Positions 31,869-46,959 of a DNA stretch of 64,000 nucleotides are shown here, piece after piece; position 1 is the stretch's first letter, and the number at the start of each line of letters is the position of its first letter. Under the pieces are notes generated by a model. It saw only the letters and a list, made by a program, of their open reading frames with translations, had not been told where the DNA came from and ran no database searches. This stretch comes from Candidatus Marinacidobacterium sp. (lineage in GTDB: Bacteria > Acidobacteriota > Vicinamibacteria > Marinacidobacterales > Marinacidobacteraceae): contig OZ242011.1 of the NCBI GenBank assembly GCA_965204755.1, forward strand, positions 2,528,001 to 2,592,000. The letters run 5' to 3'. Both the position numbers and the translations under genes were made by a program.

Positions 31869-34408
31869 GCGAACCAATGGGTCGTGTCGTTCGGAAATTC
31901 AACCCGGGGACGCTCCAGAGTGACGAACATATCGTCGAGCAGTTCGTCGTTCGTCGCGTGGAGTTGCGACTCATCATGGAGACGCTTCGCAGCAACATCG
32001 GCTCTCCCTCCTGCCAGCACGCCGTCGTCGTCGGCCGGCGAGGCCTAGGCAAGACGATGCTGCTGGCGCGCGTGGCGGCGGAGATCCGCCGGACGCCGGA
32101 ACTTGCGACCGGGTTGTTGCCGGTCCGGTTCACGGAGGAGAACCACGAGATACTGGACATCGGTGACTTCTGGTGCGAGGCGCTCTTCCACTTGGCGCGC
32201 CAATCCGCGGAAGTCGCCCCCGACATTTCCCGTGAACTGCGTGAAGTCCATAGCGTGCTGGCGGCGCGCTGGCGCGGCGAGGAGATGGCCCTTCAAGCCC
32301 GGGCCACCGTGCTGGAAGCCGCGGACCGCCTCGGGCGGCAACTCGTTCTCATGGTCGAGAACTTCCAGACCCTGGCTCGCGGCGGACCTTCCGGCGATGA
32401 CTTCGGATGGAAACTGCGGGAGGCCCTGCAAACGGAACCGAAGATCATCTTCTTGGGGACCGCGACCAACCGCTCCTTCGGACAAGACGAATACCGGGCG
32501 CCGTTCTACGGAATGTTCCGTGTCCTGCACTTGGAACCGCTCGGCACGGAGGACTGTGCGGAGTTGTGGCGCACGCTTGCTCCGGACTCCGCGACTGGAC
32601 GGAATATCCGGCCGCTTGAAGTCCTCACCCGGGGTAATCCCCGTCTTCTCGCCATCGTGGCGCGGTTCGGCGCGCGGCGGTCGCTTCGGGCACTCATGGA
32701 GCAGTTGGTGGCGCTCGTGGACGACCACACCGAGTACTTCCGCAGCCATCTCGAAGGACTCGCCCGGACGGAGCGTCGGGTGTATGTCGCAGCGATCGAC
32801 CTCTGGCAGGCGTCGAGCAGTCAGGAGATCGCGGACCGGGCGCGGATGGACATCCGCGCGGTCTCGGCGTTGCTCGGACGATTGACCGACAGGGGGTTGC
32901 TGCTCGCGGAGAAAGACGGCAAGAAACGCAGGTACGCGCCCGCCGAACGGCTGTTCTGCATCTACTACAAACTTCGCCGGGAGCGCGACGAGGCGGCGGT
33001 CGTGCGCCAACTCATCCGCTTCATGGCCTCGTTTTACGCGGAGGAGGAACTCGCGGGCTTCGCGCGGACGATGTTGGGCGACGCATCGCGCGAGCCGGCG
33101 GCCGCGAAGTGGCTCGGTTGGGCGATGCAGGAACCGATGTTCGCCGAGGTCGCGAGCAAAGTCCTGTTCGACGAACTGCGGCAGGCGGTGACGGACGACC
33201 AGCCGGAACGGATCGAGGCGGTAACGAAACAGGTGTTCTCCCTGGAAGAGAAGACGGGCGTTCCTGACGACTTGTTGGCCCCGGCCTATGTGGCGAAGGG
33301 GCATGTCTTCTTCCAGCGGGATGACCCGGCGGCTGCCGAGAAGGCTTGCCGGGAGTGCCTGGAACGGTTCGGGGCGAGCGGGGACGACCGGGTGCTCGTA
33401 TGCGTGGCCGGGGCGATCGAAATGCGGGGGGAAGCGCTTTCGCGGCTGGGGCGGAACGACGAGGCGCTCGAGTGTTTCGAGGAAGTGGAGCGGCGGTTCG
33501 GCGGGCGGATCGAAGGGCCGTTCGTTTCGACAGTGCTGCAGGCGCGCCTGGATCGCGGTCTCCTGTTGTCCCGGCTCGGGCGGTTGGACGAAGCCGCCCG
33601 GGACGCGGATCGGGTGCTCGAGAGGACCGGGCGCGAAGACCTGCCGACCTGGCGGCGGCAGTTCACCGAGGCGAGTTTCCTGAAGGCCGCGGCGCTGCGG
33701 AACCGCGAAGGCGCGGACAACCGCTCGCTGGCGGAGGCCGCCGCGCTCTGCGACCGGGTCGTCGAGCGGCTGCGCGGCGATGCGGACGCGCGGTCGCCGA
33801 TCCGGGTCCGGGACGCGCTGCTGTTGAAGAGCGACCTGCTGGCCTTCGGAGGTCGGCCGGCCGAGGCGCTCGCGGCGCTCGAACGGGTGGACGCCATGGC
33901 GCCCGACGAATGGGACGACCGGGGGTGGGGCGACGCCCGGTTGGCCGACGCGGTACGGGCGGACGCGCTGTTCCAGATGGCCCGCCGCCCGGAGGCGGAA
34001 GCGGTGGTTCGGCGCCTCTACGGGGAGTTCAACCCCGATTTGCCGGAGGCGGAGTTGCCGAAGGCCATCGCGCGGCTGGTCGGGGACTGCATCCGGTTCG
34101 GCGCCGCAGGGGCCGGGCCCGGCGTCCTCGTCGGGATCCTCGAGGAGGACCCCGAGGACTTCCGCGAGGAGACGCGGAGGGAGCACCGGCGGAAGATGGA
34201 CGCCGTCGCGCCGCTCCTCGTCGCCCTCCGCCAGTTGGCCGGCCTCCCGGCGCGGGCGCCCGCCGAAGCCCTGGAAGTGGCGAAAGACCTCCGCAACGAG
34301 TTCGACCGCGAGCGGAAGCGGCGCGCGGGGTTCCGCAGCCCCTACGAACTCCCGGACGAAGAGCCCGCCGCCCGCGTCGCGGAGCCGAAAGCCGACTACT
34401 CCCCGTAA
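31865..34408 (+). CDS. STAND-like ATPase with wHTH and TPR repeats (gene 2 of the pair)
   Basis: ATGA overlap; FNPGTLQSDE...FVVR, GRRGLGKTMLL, MVENF, TRGNPR, ERLFCIYYKLR, then TPR-like helices. Confidence 0.85.
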   Translation: MSEPMGRVVRKFNPGTLQSDEHIVEQFVVRRVELRLIMETLRSNIGSPSCQHAVVVGRRGLGKTMLLARVAAEIRRTPELATGLLPVRFTEENHEILDIGDFWCEALFHLARQSAEVAPDISRELREVHSVLAARWRGEEMALQARATVLEAADRLGRQLVLMVENFQTLARGGPSGDDFGWKLREALQTEPKIIFLGTATNRSFGQDEYRAPFYGMFRVLHLEPLGTEDCAELWRTLAPDSATGRNIRPLEVLTRGNPRLLAIVARFGARRSLRALMEQLVALVDDHTEYFRSHLEGLARTERRVYVAAIDLWQASSSQEIADRARMDIRAVSALLGRLTDRGLLLAEKDGKKRRYAPAERLFCIYYKLRRERDEAAVVRQLIRFMASFYAEEELAGFARTMLGDASREPAAAKWLGWAMQEPMFAEVASKVLFDELRQAVTDDQPERIEAVTKQVFSLEEKTGVPDDLLAPAYVAKGHVFFQRDDPAAAEKACRECLERFGASGDDRVLVCVAGAIEMRGEALSRLGRNDEALECFEEVERRFGGRIEGPFVSTVLQARLDRGLLLSRLGRLDEAARDADRVLERTGREDLPTWRRQFTEASFLKAAALRNREGADNRSLAEAAALCDRVVERLRGDADARSPIRVRDALLLKSDLLAFGGRPAEALAALERVDAMAPDEWDDRGWGDARLADAVRADALFQMARRPEAEAVVRRLYGEFNPDLPEAELPKAIARLVGDCIRFGAAGAGPGVLVGILEEDPEDFREETRREHRRKMDAVAPLLVALRQLAGLPARAPAEALEVAKDLRNEFDRERKRRAGFRSPYELPDEEPAARVAEPKADYSP

Positions 34409-34412
34409 CCTT

Positions 34413-34487
34413 CCCCGCCGCCGCGCCGCCGCTCCCCGCCGCCGCACCGCCGCTCCCCGCCGCCGCGCCGCTGCTCCCTCCGCCGCT
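34413..34487. repeat. 21-bp tandem repeat (CCCCGCCGCCGCGCCGCCGCT), about 3.5 copies
   Basis: Visible immediately after the stop codon at 34408. Confidence 0.75.
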
Positions 34488-34501
34488 CCATCCGCCGTTC
34501 C

Positions 34502-36193
34502 ATGCCGCTCTCGCTGACCGACCTGGTCGTCTTCGCGCTGTTCCTCGGCGCGGTGATGTGGGTGTCGCTGCGGGCGGCCCGGCGGAGCGGGACCGCGAAG
34601 GGGTACTTCCTCGCCGGCCGCAGCCTCGGCGGATGGGCCATCGGGATGTCGCTGGTGGCGACCAACATCTCCACCGAGCACTTCGTCGGGATGTCCGGCT
34701 CCGCCGCCACCGACATCGGGCTCGCCATCGCCAGTTACGAGTGGACCGCCGCGGCGGCCCTCATCGTCATCGGCTGGGTCCTCCTGCCGCGCTACCTCCG
34801 CAGCGGCATCTACACCATGCCGGAGTTCCTCGAGCGGCGCTTCGACCGGGGTACGCGGACGATCCTCGCGGCGCTCCTGACCTCCGCCACCGTGTTCGTG
34901 GCGATGGCGACGGTGCTCTACTCCGGCGCGGTCGCGCTGAACGCGATCTTCGCGTTGCCGGAGCAGATCGGCGGCCGGCTGGGCCTCGACGGGGAGACCG
35001 CCGAGACCGCCGCCACCCTCTTCGGCGTCTGGGGCATCGCGGCGGCGGCGAGCGCCTACACCATCTACGGCGGGTTGAAGGCGGTGGTGTGGTCGGACTT
35101 CATCCAGGGGGTCGCGCTGCTCGGCGGCGGTTTCCTGGTGCTCTGGCTGGGGTTCGAGGCGGTCGGCGCCGGGGAGGGGGCGCTGGCCGGGGCGCTGGTC
35201 TTCTTCGCCGAGAACCGGGAGCGGCTGCGGGCGGCGCTGCCCGCCGACCACCCGGAACTCCCCTGGACGGCGGTGTTCGTGGGCGGGCTCTGGGTGACGC
35301 AGTTCTTCTACTGGGGCGTGAACCAGTTCATCACCCAGCGGACGCTGGCCGCCCGCAGCCTCGCCGAGGGGCAGCGCGGCATCCTCGCCGCGGCCTGGCT
35401 GAAGATCCTGGTGCCGTTCCTGGTCTGCCTGCCCGGGATCCTCGCGGTCCAACTCTACGGGGACCGGATTTCCCACCCGGACCAGGCCTACCCGGTGCTC
35501 GTCCGGGAACTGCTGCCGCCGGCGCTCCGGGGCGCGCTGCTGGCGGCGCTGGCCGGCGCGGTGATGAGTTCGTTCAACTCGATGCTGAACTCGGCCTCGA
35601 CGATGTACGCGCTGGACATCCATCCGCGGCTGGCGGAGCGGTGGGGGCGGCGGGCCCGGGGCGGCGCCCCGTCCGACCCCCAGTCCGACCCCCAGTCCGA
35701 CCCCCAGTCCGACCCCCAGTCCGACCCGGTGCGGGCCGCCAAGATCGCCTCGGCGGCGTTCGCGGTCGGCGCCTGCCTCTGGGCGCCGTTCATCGGCGGC
35801 TTCCCCGGCGTCTTCCGCTACATCCAACTCGCCTGGGGGTTCGTGACCCCGGGGATCGCCGCGGTGTTCTTCACCGGGGTCTTCACCCGGAGGGTCCCGG
35901 CGTGGGCGGCCCGCGCCGGGCTGCTGGCCGGGATCCCGCTCTACGGGCTGCTGCGGCTCGGCTGGCCGGAGACCGCCTTCGTCCACCACATCGGGATCAC
36001 CTTCCTCCTCGTCGCCGGCGGGCTGGCCTTCGCCGGCTGGAAGTGGCCGGCGGCGGACACCCGGCGGGACCGCGCGCCGGAGTCGGACCGGCTGAAGGAA
36101 CGGGCGTTGGACCTCACGCCGCTGCCCGGAGTGGCCTGGAAGGGGAGCGCGGCGCTGCTCGCCATCGCCTCGATCTACCTGGTCTTCCGCTGA
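34502..36193 (+). CDS. Sodium:solute symporter (SSS family, sugar-type)
   Basis: YFLAGRSL, SLVATNISTEHFVGMSGS, IYTMPEFLERRF, YGGLKAVVWSD, NQFITQRTL; internal 12-bp repeat (SDPQ) at ~35671-35727. Confidence 0.93.
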   Translation: MPLSLTDLVVFALFLGAVMWVSLRAARRSGTAKGYFLAGRSLGGWAIGMSLVATNISTEHFVGMSGSAATDIGLAIASYEWTAAAALIVIGWVLLPRYLRSGIYTMPEFLERRFDRGTRTILAALLTSATVFVAMATVLYSGAVALNAIFALPEQIGGRLGLDGETAETAATLFGVWGIAAAASAYTIYGGLKAVVWSDFIQGVALLGGGFLVLWLGFEAVGAGEGALAGALVFFAENRERLRAALPADHPELPWTAVFVGGLWVTQFFYWGVNQFITQRTLAARSLAEGQRGILAAAWLKILVPFLVCLPGILAVQLYGDRISHPDQAYPVLVRELLPPALRGALLAALAGAVMSSFNSMLNSASTMYALDIHPRLAERWGRRARGGAPSDPQSDPQSDPQSDPQSDPVRAAKIASAAFAVGACLWAPFIGGFPGVFRYIQLAWGFVTPGIAAVFFTGVFTRRVPAWAARAGLLAGIPLYGLLRLGWPETAFVHHIGITFLLVAGGLAFAGWKWPAADTRRDRAPESDRLKERALDLTPLPGVAWKGSAALLAIASIYLVFR

Positions 36194-36217
36194 CCCCCCG
36201 GGCGCCCCGCCGCCGGC

Positions 36218-40701
<4,484 letters not shown>

Positions 40702-40790
40702 CGGGGTTTCGGCGGGCGCCGGTCGACGCGAAGCGGGCCGGGAGGGGTTCCGCTTCCCCGGGAGGGAGGGCGGCGGGCAGGGCGGCGCGA

Positions 40791-40935
40791 TTCGGGCCGC
40801 CGGGTTAGGATTCCCGGCTCCTCGAGCGCCCTTGCGGTGGGCGCTCCGGGTGGATGTGAGCCGCGACTGCCGGCGCGAGCCGGCGGGAGGAAACCGGATG
40901 CCGGGCTTGGCGCTCGTGGACTACGACAACCTGAG
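40791..40935 (+). repeat. Copy 1 of a 145-bp duplicated leader (promoter, stem-loops, RBS and first codons of NYN)
   Basis: Seven mismatches by manual count versus 43819-43963. Confidence 0.9.
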
Positions 40936-41485
40936 TCCGCCTCCCAGGCCGGGCCGGGACACCCCTCGACCGGGCGTCCGGCAGGTCGTGGACGCGGTCG
41001 TCGTGACCTTCCGCCGGGCGTTTCGCGAAGTGCGGGAGTTGGACATTCGACTCTACGGAGGCTGGATCGACGAGGCGGGCGGCCGCAGCCGGGCGGCGTT
41101 GGGGCTCGACGCCGAACTTCCCCTGCTCCGGGGTATCGTTCGGGGAGTGGATGTCCGACCCGTGATCGCCACGACGATTTTTCGGGATCCCGAACTCGTG
41201 CTGCGGGGCACGGTGCGCCTGCGACCCAAGCGGCCGCGGCAGAAGATGGTGGACGGGATGCTCGGGTGCGACGCGATGTTCGCGGCCTCGCTGGGCATGG
41301 AGCGGGTCGGCGTCTTCACCGATGACGAGGACTTGGCGCCGGCGCTCCTGGCGGCCCGGGTCGGCTCCTCGGCGCCGGGGCCGGCGTGGATGAGGCGCCG
41401 CGCGACCGGGACCGCGCCGAACGACGGCCTGCTCGCCGAGCGGGGCGTCCGGATCATCTGCACCGGCGGGGCTGACCATGCGTGA
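40898..41485 (+). CDS. NYN-domain (PIN-like) nuclease, copy 1
   Basis: LVDYDN, RLYGGW, QKMVDGML, TDDEDLAP; RBS GGGAGG. Confidence 0.8.
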   Translation: MPGLALVDYDNLSPPPRPGRDTPRPGVRQVVDAVVVTFRRAFREVRELDIRLYGGWIDEAGGRSRAALGLDAELPLLRGIVRGVDVRPVIATTIFRDPELVLRGTVRLRPKRPRQKMVDGMLGCDAMFAASLGMERVGVFTDDEDLAPALLAARVGSSAPGPAWMRRRATGTAPNDGLLAERGVRIICTGGADHA

Positions 41486-43836
41486 CGCGCTCGAGTTCCG
41501 TACCCGGTGGAAGGGTCGTCTCGGGAGGGATCTCTTCTCCTTCAGCGACCCCGGATCCCTCGTCGAACTGGAGGACACGGAGCACGGTCTGCATGGGGCG
41601 TGGCAGGTGCGGGGGTCGGTTCGGGAAGCGGACTTCCACCTCCTGCCCCACGGGGATCTTCGGGTCCGGTGGAACGGGGATCGACTCACCTACGAGGAGT
41701 TCCTCGCGAGCGACCAGGTGGCCGATCTTCGGCGCCTGGCGAACAGGATTCTCCGGGACGGGCCGGCGCCGCGCTTCGTTTCCACCGAGGCGCGGCGCCA
41801 CGAGGACGGCGGCGCCGGTCATCGCGGACGGGCGGTGGAGTTGCTCCGCGGCCTCATCGAGAAACCCCACGGGACCGCCACCCGGGTCCTGGTGCTCACC
41901 GGGGATTCCGGCGCGGGCAAGACCACCGTGTTGCGCCGACTCACGGAGCATTACGCGGGGCTCTTCCTGGGGGGGGCGGGTCAAGCGAATGCTCCTGTAT
42001 GTCAACGCCCAGGGGCGCGCCCTCGGCCGCCTGCACGAGGCGCTGGCGACACGACTCCGGGATCTGGAGTCGCCGCTGACCTACCACTCGGTCAACACGC
42101 TGGCGCGGCGGGGAATCCTCGTGCCCGTGATCGACGGCTTCGACGAACTCCTGGGCGTCAGCGGGTACGAGGACGCGTTCAGTTCGCTCTTCGACTTCCT
42201 CGATGACCTCGAAGGAGCGGGATGCGTCCTGGGCTCGGTTCGTTCGACCTACTACGAGGAGGAGTTCGTGGCGCGCGCCGGCGCCGTCGTCGGTCGCGAG
42301 CGGGCGCGGTGGGTCCAGGTTCCGGTCCGGGTCGAAGGGTGGTCGGAAGACCGTCGTCGGCGCTTCCTGGAGAAGCGGGCCGCCGAGAAGGGGCTTTCGG
42401 CGGAGCGGGCCCGCGAAATCGGCGAACGAACGGCCGGGGTCTTCGCCGGACCGAGCGAGGCGCTGCGGACGCGGCCGTTCTTCTTCGCGAGGGTCGTCTC
42501 CCTGCTCCCGGAAGAGCCGGACTTCCGCGCCGGGGACGACCTCCTGGGGGAACTCGTCCGGGCGCGCCTCGACCGTGAATTGACCGAGAGACTTCTCGAC
42601 CGCCATTCCTCGCCGGTCCTGACGCCGGAACAGTTCGATCTCCTGGTGCGCGAACTCGCCCTGGAGATGTGGAACCTGCAGACCAGGGAACTCGACGGCC
42701 GGTCGGTTCGGGAAGTCGTCCGGTATGTCGCCGAGGCGGAGCGCCTTTCGGAGACGGCGGAGGCGGTCTTCCTGGAGAAGATGCCTTCGCTCGCGTTCCT
42801 GGCGTGCCGCGATCACCCCGGCCCGCACGCCCGGTTCGCCTTCGAGCACGAGGCGTTCTTCTTCTATTTCCTCGCGGAAACGATCGTTTCGCACTTCGGG
42901 TCACCGGACGCGGACCTCAGCATCATCCTGGGTCGGTCGGCGCTGCCCGAGGTCGTCGCCGAACGAGTGGCGCGCGCCCTCGGAGGCAGCGGCGCTTCCC
43001 GCGAGGGCCGGCAGTCCCTGTTGGAGCGGCTCGGTCGCGCCGACGCCACTCCGTCGCTGCGATCCGTGCAGATTCGAGAAAACGCCGGGCGGCTGGCGAT
43101 GGCGCTCCTTCGAGCGGGCGCCCCGGACGCCGCGTCCGGAGAACGCTCGCCGCAGGTCTCGAACATCGCCGTTCGCAACTTGACCTTTCCGGGGGGCGCG
43201 CTCGGCGGCGCGGTCTTCCGGAACTGTTCGTTCGAAGATGTCGAGTTCCGGCGCGCGGATCTCACCGGGACGCGTTTCCTGGGTTGCGAGGCGAAGAACG
43301 CGGTGTTCTTCCGGGAATCACGCATCGACCCGAAGACGACCCGTCTCGAGTTCCACGGCTTGGACGAAAGTCGTTTCCTGGGGCTGCGCCGGGTGGGTGA
43401 CGACGAAGGGATCCATGACCCCTGCGAGATACGAGCGACGCTGGCCGCGTGCGGTCTGCCCGTTCCCCGGGAGTCTCCGGAAGACGCGCCGACGGTCGAT
43501 CCGGAGGTCGTGGAGTTGCTCGAACGCTTGTTGCGAGCCTATCGGCGGGCCAATCCGGTGTGCCTGCAGGACGAGGCGCTCGGGAAACTCGTTTCGCATC
43601 CCGAGTGGGAAGGACTCAAGGCGCGGCTGCTGGAGTACGGGATCGTCAAGCGGGACCGGCGCGAGATCGGGGGCGAGAGGAAGGAGTTCCTTCGCCGCCG
43701 CTTCCGGCCCGACCAGATCATGGCCGGGCTTCTCGGCGGCGGCGCCGCCGATCCACGAGTCCGCAAGTTCTGGCGCTCGCTGGAGCCGCCGGCGAAGTCC
43801 GCGGGCCTCGCGACGCGGTTCGGGCCGCCGAGTTAG
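41478..43836 (+). pseudogene. NACHT NTPase with pentapeptide-like repeats, copy 1, frameshifted at a G8 tract (41969-41976)
   Basis: Walker A GDSGAGKT in one frame; Walker B VIDGFDEL and FAFEHEAFFFYFLA in the next frame; a G7 tract would restore colinearity with 44499-46841. Confidence 0.8.
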
Positions 43837-43963
43837 GATTCCCGGCTCCTCGAGCGTCCTTGCGGTGGGCGCTCCGGGTGGATGTGAGCCGCGACTGCCG
43901 GCAGGGGCCGGCGGGAGGAAACCGGATGCCGGGCTTGGCGCTCGTGGACTACGCGAACCTGAG
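43819..43963 (+). repeat. Copy 2 of the duplicated leader
   Basis: Offset of 3028 bp from copy 1. Confidence 0.9.
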
Positions 43964-44492
43964 CAGTCCCCGGGCTCAGCCGCCGGACCGGGACGCCTCG
44001 GCCGAGCGACTCCTGGAAGCGATCGTGGGCGGATTCCGTCGCCTCTTCGGGGAAGTGGACCCCTTGGAGGTGCGGTACTACGGCGGCTGGACCGACGAAG
44101 AGGGCCTGCCCGGCCCGGCGGCGGCGGAGGCCGCTGCGGTCCTCGCCGCGCTTCCCGATGAGGTCGCCGGAGTTCGGGTCCGGCCGAAGATGGCGACCAC
44201 GATGCTGCCTTTCCCCGAAGCCCTCCTGCAGGGGACGGTGCGGCTGGGCGTCCGTCCGCCCCGGCAGAAGATGGTGGACGGTATGCCGGGCGGGGACGCG
44301 GTCTTCGCGGCGTGGTCGGGCGTCGAGCGCGTCTGCGTGGTGACCGATGACGAAGACCTCGTACCCGCGATGCTGACCGCCCGGGCCGTCTCCCCGAACC
44401 GCCCGGTCTGGCTCCGGAGGCGCGTCCCGGGTTCCGGCCTGAACGACGCCCGCCTGCGGGAACTCGGCGTACGGATCGAAAGGCTCCGGTAG
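43926..44492 (+). CDS. NYN-domain nuclease, copy 2
   Basis: LVDYAN, RYYGGW, QKMVDGM, TDDEDLVP. Confidence 0.8.
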   Translation: MPGLALVDYANLSSPRAQPPDRDASAERLLEAIVGGFRRLFGEVDPLEVRYYGGWTDEEGLPGPAAAEAAAVLAALPDEVAGVRVRPKMATTMLPFPEALLQGTVRLGVRPPRQKMVDGMPGGDAVFAAWSGVERVCVVTDDEDLVPAMLTARAVSPNRPVWLRRRVPGSGLNDARLRELGVRIERLR

Positions 44493-44498
44493 CGCGCG

Positions 44499-46841
44499 AT
44501 GATGGATCGGAACGGGCGCCGCGAGTACTGGCGGTCGCGTATCCCGAGCGACCTTCGCTCGTTCGGCGACGCCGGGGAACTCGTGGAACTCGGCGATGCG
44601 GGGAGCGACCTGCGCGCCCGCTGGACGATGTTCGGGGAGGAGCGCGAGGCGATCTTCTCGTTCTCCGGAAACGGGAGCATCAGCGTCCTCTTCGACGGCA
44701 AGTCCTCGTCCTACGGCTCGTTCCTCGCCGGGCCCCAGGTGGGCGACCTCGAACAGGTGGCCCGAAGGATCGCCGTGGCCTCCCGACCGGAGCGCTTCGT
44801 CGAAACGGAGGCGGCGCTCGATGGTTCGAATGCTCCCGAACCCGCGGTCGAACTCCTTTCCCGGATGATCGAGACGCCGACGGCGGCGGCTACGCGACTC
44901 GTCATCCTGACCGGCGGCGCCGGCGCCGGCAAGACCACCGTCCTGCGCGAACTCGTTGCCCGCCAGGCGGACCGTTACCTGCGAGGCGAGACGAAACGAC
45001 TTCTGCTGTATGTGAATGCGCAGGGCAGATCGCTCGCCCGGTTCAACGAAGCGCTGGCGCTGGAACTCCGGGAACTGCGGGCGCCCCTCACCGGTCACTC
45101 GGTGGCCACTCTCGCCCGCGAAGGGTTGGTCGTCCCGGTCATGGACGGCCTCGATGAATTGTTGGGCGTCAGCGGTTACGACGACGCCTTCGCTTCGGTC
45201 TCCACTTTTCTCGATGCGATGGAGGGCGAAGGGTGCGTACTGGCGGCGGCCCGTTCGACCTACTACGAGGAGGAGTTCGTCTCGAGGGCGGCGGAGATGT
45301 GGCGCAACGAGCGCGCCCGGTGGCGGCAGGTCCCGGTCCGGCTGCGCGGCTGGGCCGAAAAGCAGCAGACCGGGTTCGTCGAACGGTGGGCGGCCGCGAA
45401 GGCCCTGACCGGTGACGAGAGGGATGCGGTGTCCGGGCGCCTGACCCGGCTGTTCTCCGGGAAAGGCGCAGAGTTCGGACGAAGGCCGTTCTTCTTCGCG
45501 AGAGCGGCGGAACTGGCGTCGCGCTCGACGGACTTCCGAAGGGGAGGCGACCTGCTCCGGGAAATCGTCGAGGAGTACCTGGAGCGGGATCGGTTGGAGA
45601 AACTCCCGGACCGGCATATCGCTCCGATGCTCACCCGCCGCCGGTTCCGCCTCCTGATGCAGAAGTTGGCCCTGCAGATGTGGCTGCTGGAGACGCGCGA
45701 ACTCGACGGCTCCTCGCTGCGAGGAGTCGTCGACGACCTGGCGGAGACCGAAGACCTCTCCGACGAAGACCGAAGAGCCCTGGTCGAACGGTTGCCGTCG
45801 CTCGCGCTCCTGACGCGCGGCAAGGGCCACGGAGGACGCCACCGGATCGCCTTCGAGCATGAACTGTTCTTCTTCCACTTCCTTTCCGATGCCGTCGTCT
45901 CGCTGTTCGCATCACCCGGGCAGGATGTGCAGGCGATCCTCGGTCGGGGGGCCTTGCCGGGCGAAGTGGCCTTCCGGGTGGCGAAGGGGCTGCGGGACGC
46001 GGGGCGCGAGGACGGTCCGACCGGCGCGCAGCGGCTGCTCGACCGCCTGCGCCGGGCCGGTTCGGGCGAGTGGCGGCGGGGGCCGCAGGTTCGGGAGAAT
46101 GCCGGACTGCTGGCCATGGCGATGTTCCGCGAGGGGGTCTGGGTCGAGGACACCCGGGACCACGGGCCGGCGGTGGCGCATCTCGTCATCCGCGGCATGG
46201 TGTTTCCCGGAGGGGACCTCCGCGGCGTGACTTTCTTCCGGTGCGCCTTCGAGGAGGTGACGATGCGCCGCACCGACCTGGCCGAGACGCGTTTCGTGGA
46301 ATGCGAGGCGAAACGGTGCGTCCTCGTGGCGCCGCGGCTGGATCCGGAGCGCGCGCGGCTCGACCTTCGCGGCCTTTCGACCGGCGATGTACACGGGATT
46401 CGCCTTCCCGGAACCGACCGGAGCGCCTATGCCCCGGAGGTCGTCCGCGAAACCTTGCGGCGTTGCGGCGCCGCGGTCGCTTACCAGGCGGACGGGTCAG
46501 CGCCGCGAGTGGATCCGGGCGTCGTGCTCCTGATGGAGCGATTGGCCCGGGCTTTCGGACGCGCGAACCCGGTGTGTCTGCAGGACGACGGGTTGCGGGA
46601 GGTCTTCGGCAGCCCCGAATGGGTCGAGGTGAAGCGGCGACTGCTGCGCCACGAGATCGCCGTTCCGGAGAGCCGGGAAACGCGCTCGGGACCGATGGAC
46701 TTCCTCCGCCGCCGCTTCCGGCCGGAGCAGATCATGGCCGGCCTCGACGGCGCTGCGGAGGTCGATCCGCGAATCCGGTTGTTCTGGAAGTCCCTGGAAT
46801 CCCCGGCGCGCGGCGACGGGCGCCAGCCGGAGGCTCGTTAG
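44499..46841 (+). CDS. NACHT NTPase with pentapeptide-like repeats, copy 2 (intact)
   Basis: GGAGAGKT, VMDGLDEL, IAFEHELFFFHFL, DLRGVTFFRCAFEEVTMRRTDLAETRF. Confidence 0.85.
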   Translation: MMDRNGRREYWRSRIPSDLRSFGDAGELVELGDAGSDLRARWTMFGEEREAIFSFSGNGSISVLFDGKSSSYGSFLAGPQVGDLEQVARRIAVASRPERFVETEAALDGSNAPEPAVELLSRMIETPTAAATRLVILTGGAGAGKTTVLRELVARQADRYLRGETKRLLLYVNAQGRSLARFNEALALELRELRAPLTGHSVATLAREGLVVPVMDGLDELLGVSGYDDAFASVSTFLDAMEGEGCVLAAARSTYYEEEFVSRAAEMWRNERARWRQVPVRLRGWAEKQQTGFVERWAAAKALTGDERDAVSGRLTRLFSGKGAEFGRRPFFFARAAELASRSTDFRRGGDLLREIVEEYLERDRLEKLPDRHIAPMLTRRRFRLLMQKLALQMWLLETRELDGSSLRGVVDDLAETEDLSDEDRRALVERLPSLALLTRGKGHGGRHRIAFEHELFFFHFLSDAVVSLFASPGQDVQAILGRGALPGEVAFRVAKGLRDAGREDGPTGAQRLLDRLRRAGSGEWRRGPQVRENAGLLAMAMFREGVWVEDTRDHGPAVAHLVIRGMVFPGGDLRGVTFFRCAFEEVTMRRTDLAETRFVECEAKRCVLVAPRLDPERARLDLRGLSTGDVHGIRLPGTDRSAYAPEVVRETLRRCGAAVAYQADGSAPRVDPGVVLLMERLARAFGRANPVCLQDDGLREVFGSPEWVEVKRRLLRHEIAVPESRETRSGPMDFLRRRFRPEQIMAGLDGAAEVDPRIRLFWKSLESPARGDGRQPEAR

Positions 46842-46959
46842 GTCAACGAGACTCGCCGAAGTTCGCGGGCAGTTTGCGCCGCTCGCTCGAAGTAACGCGG
46901 CGCGCCGCGATACTCCCGGGTAAGGGCGCGGGGATGCGGGGAGCGATGTTCCACCCACG

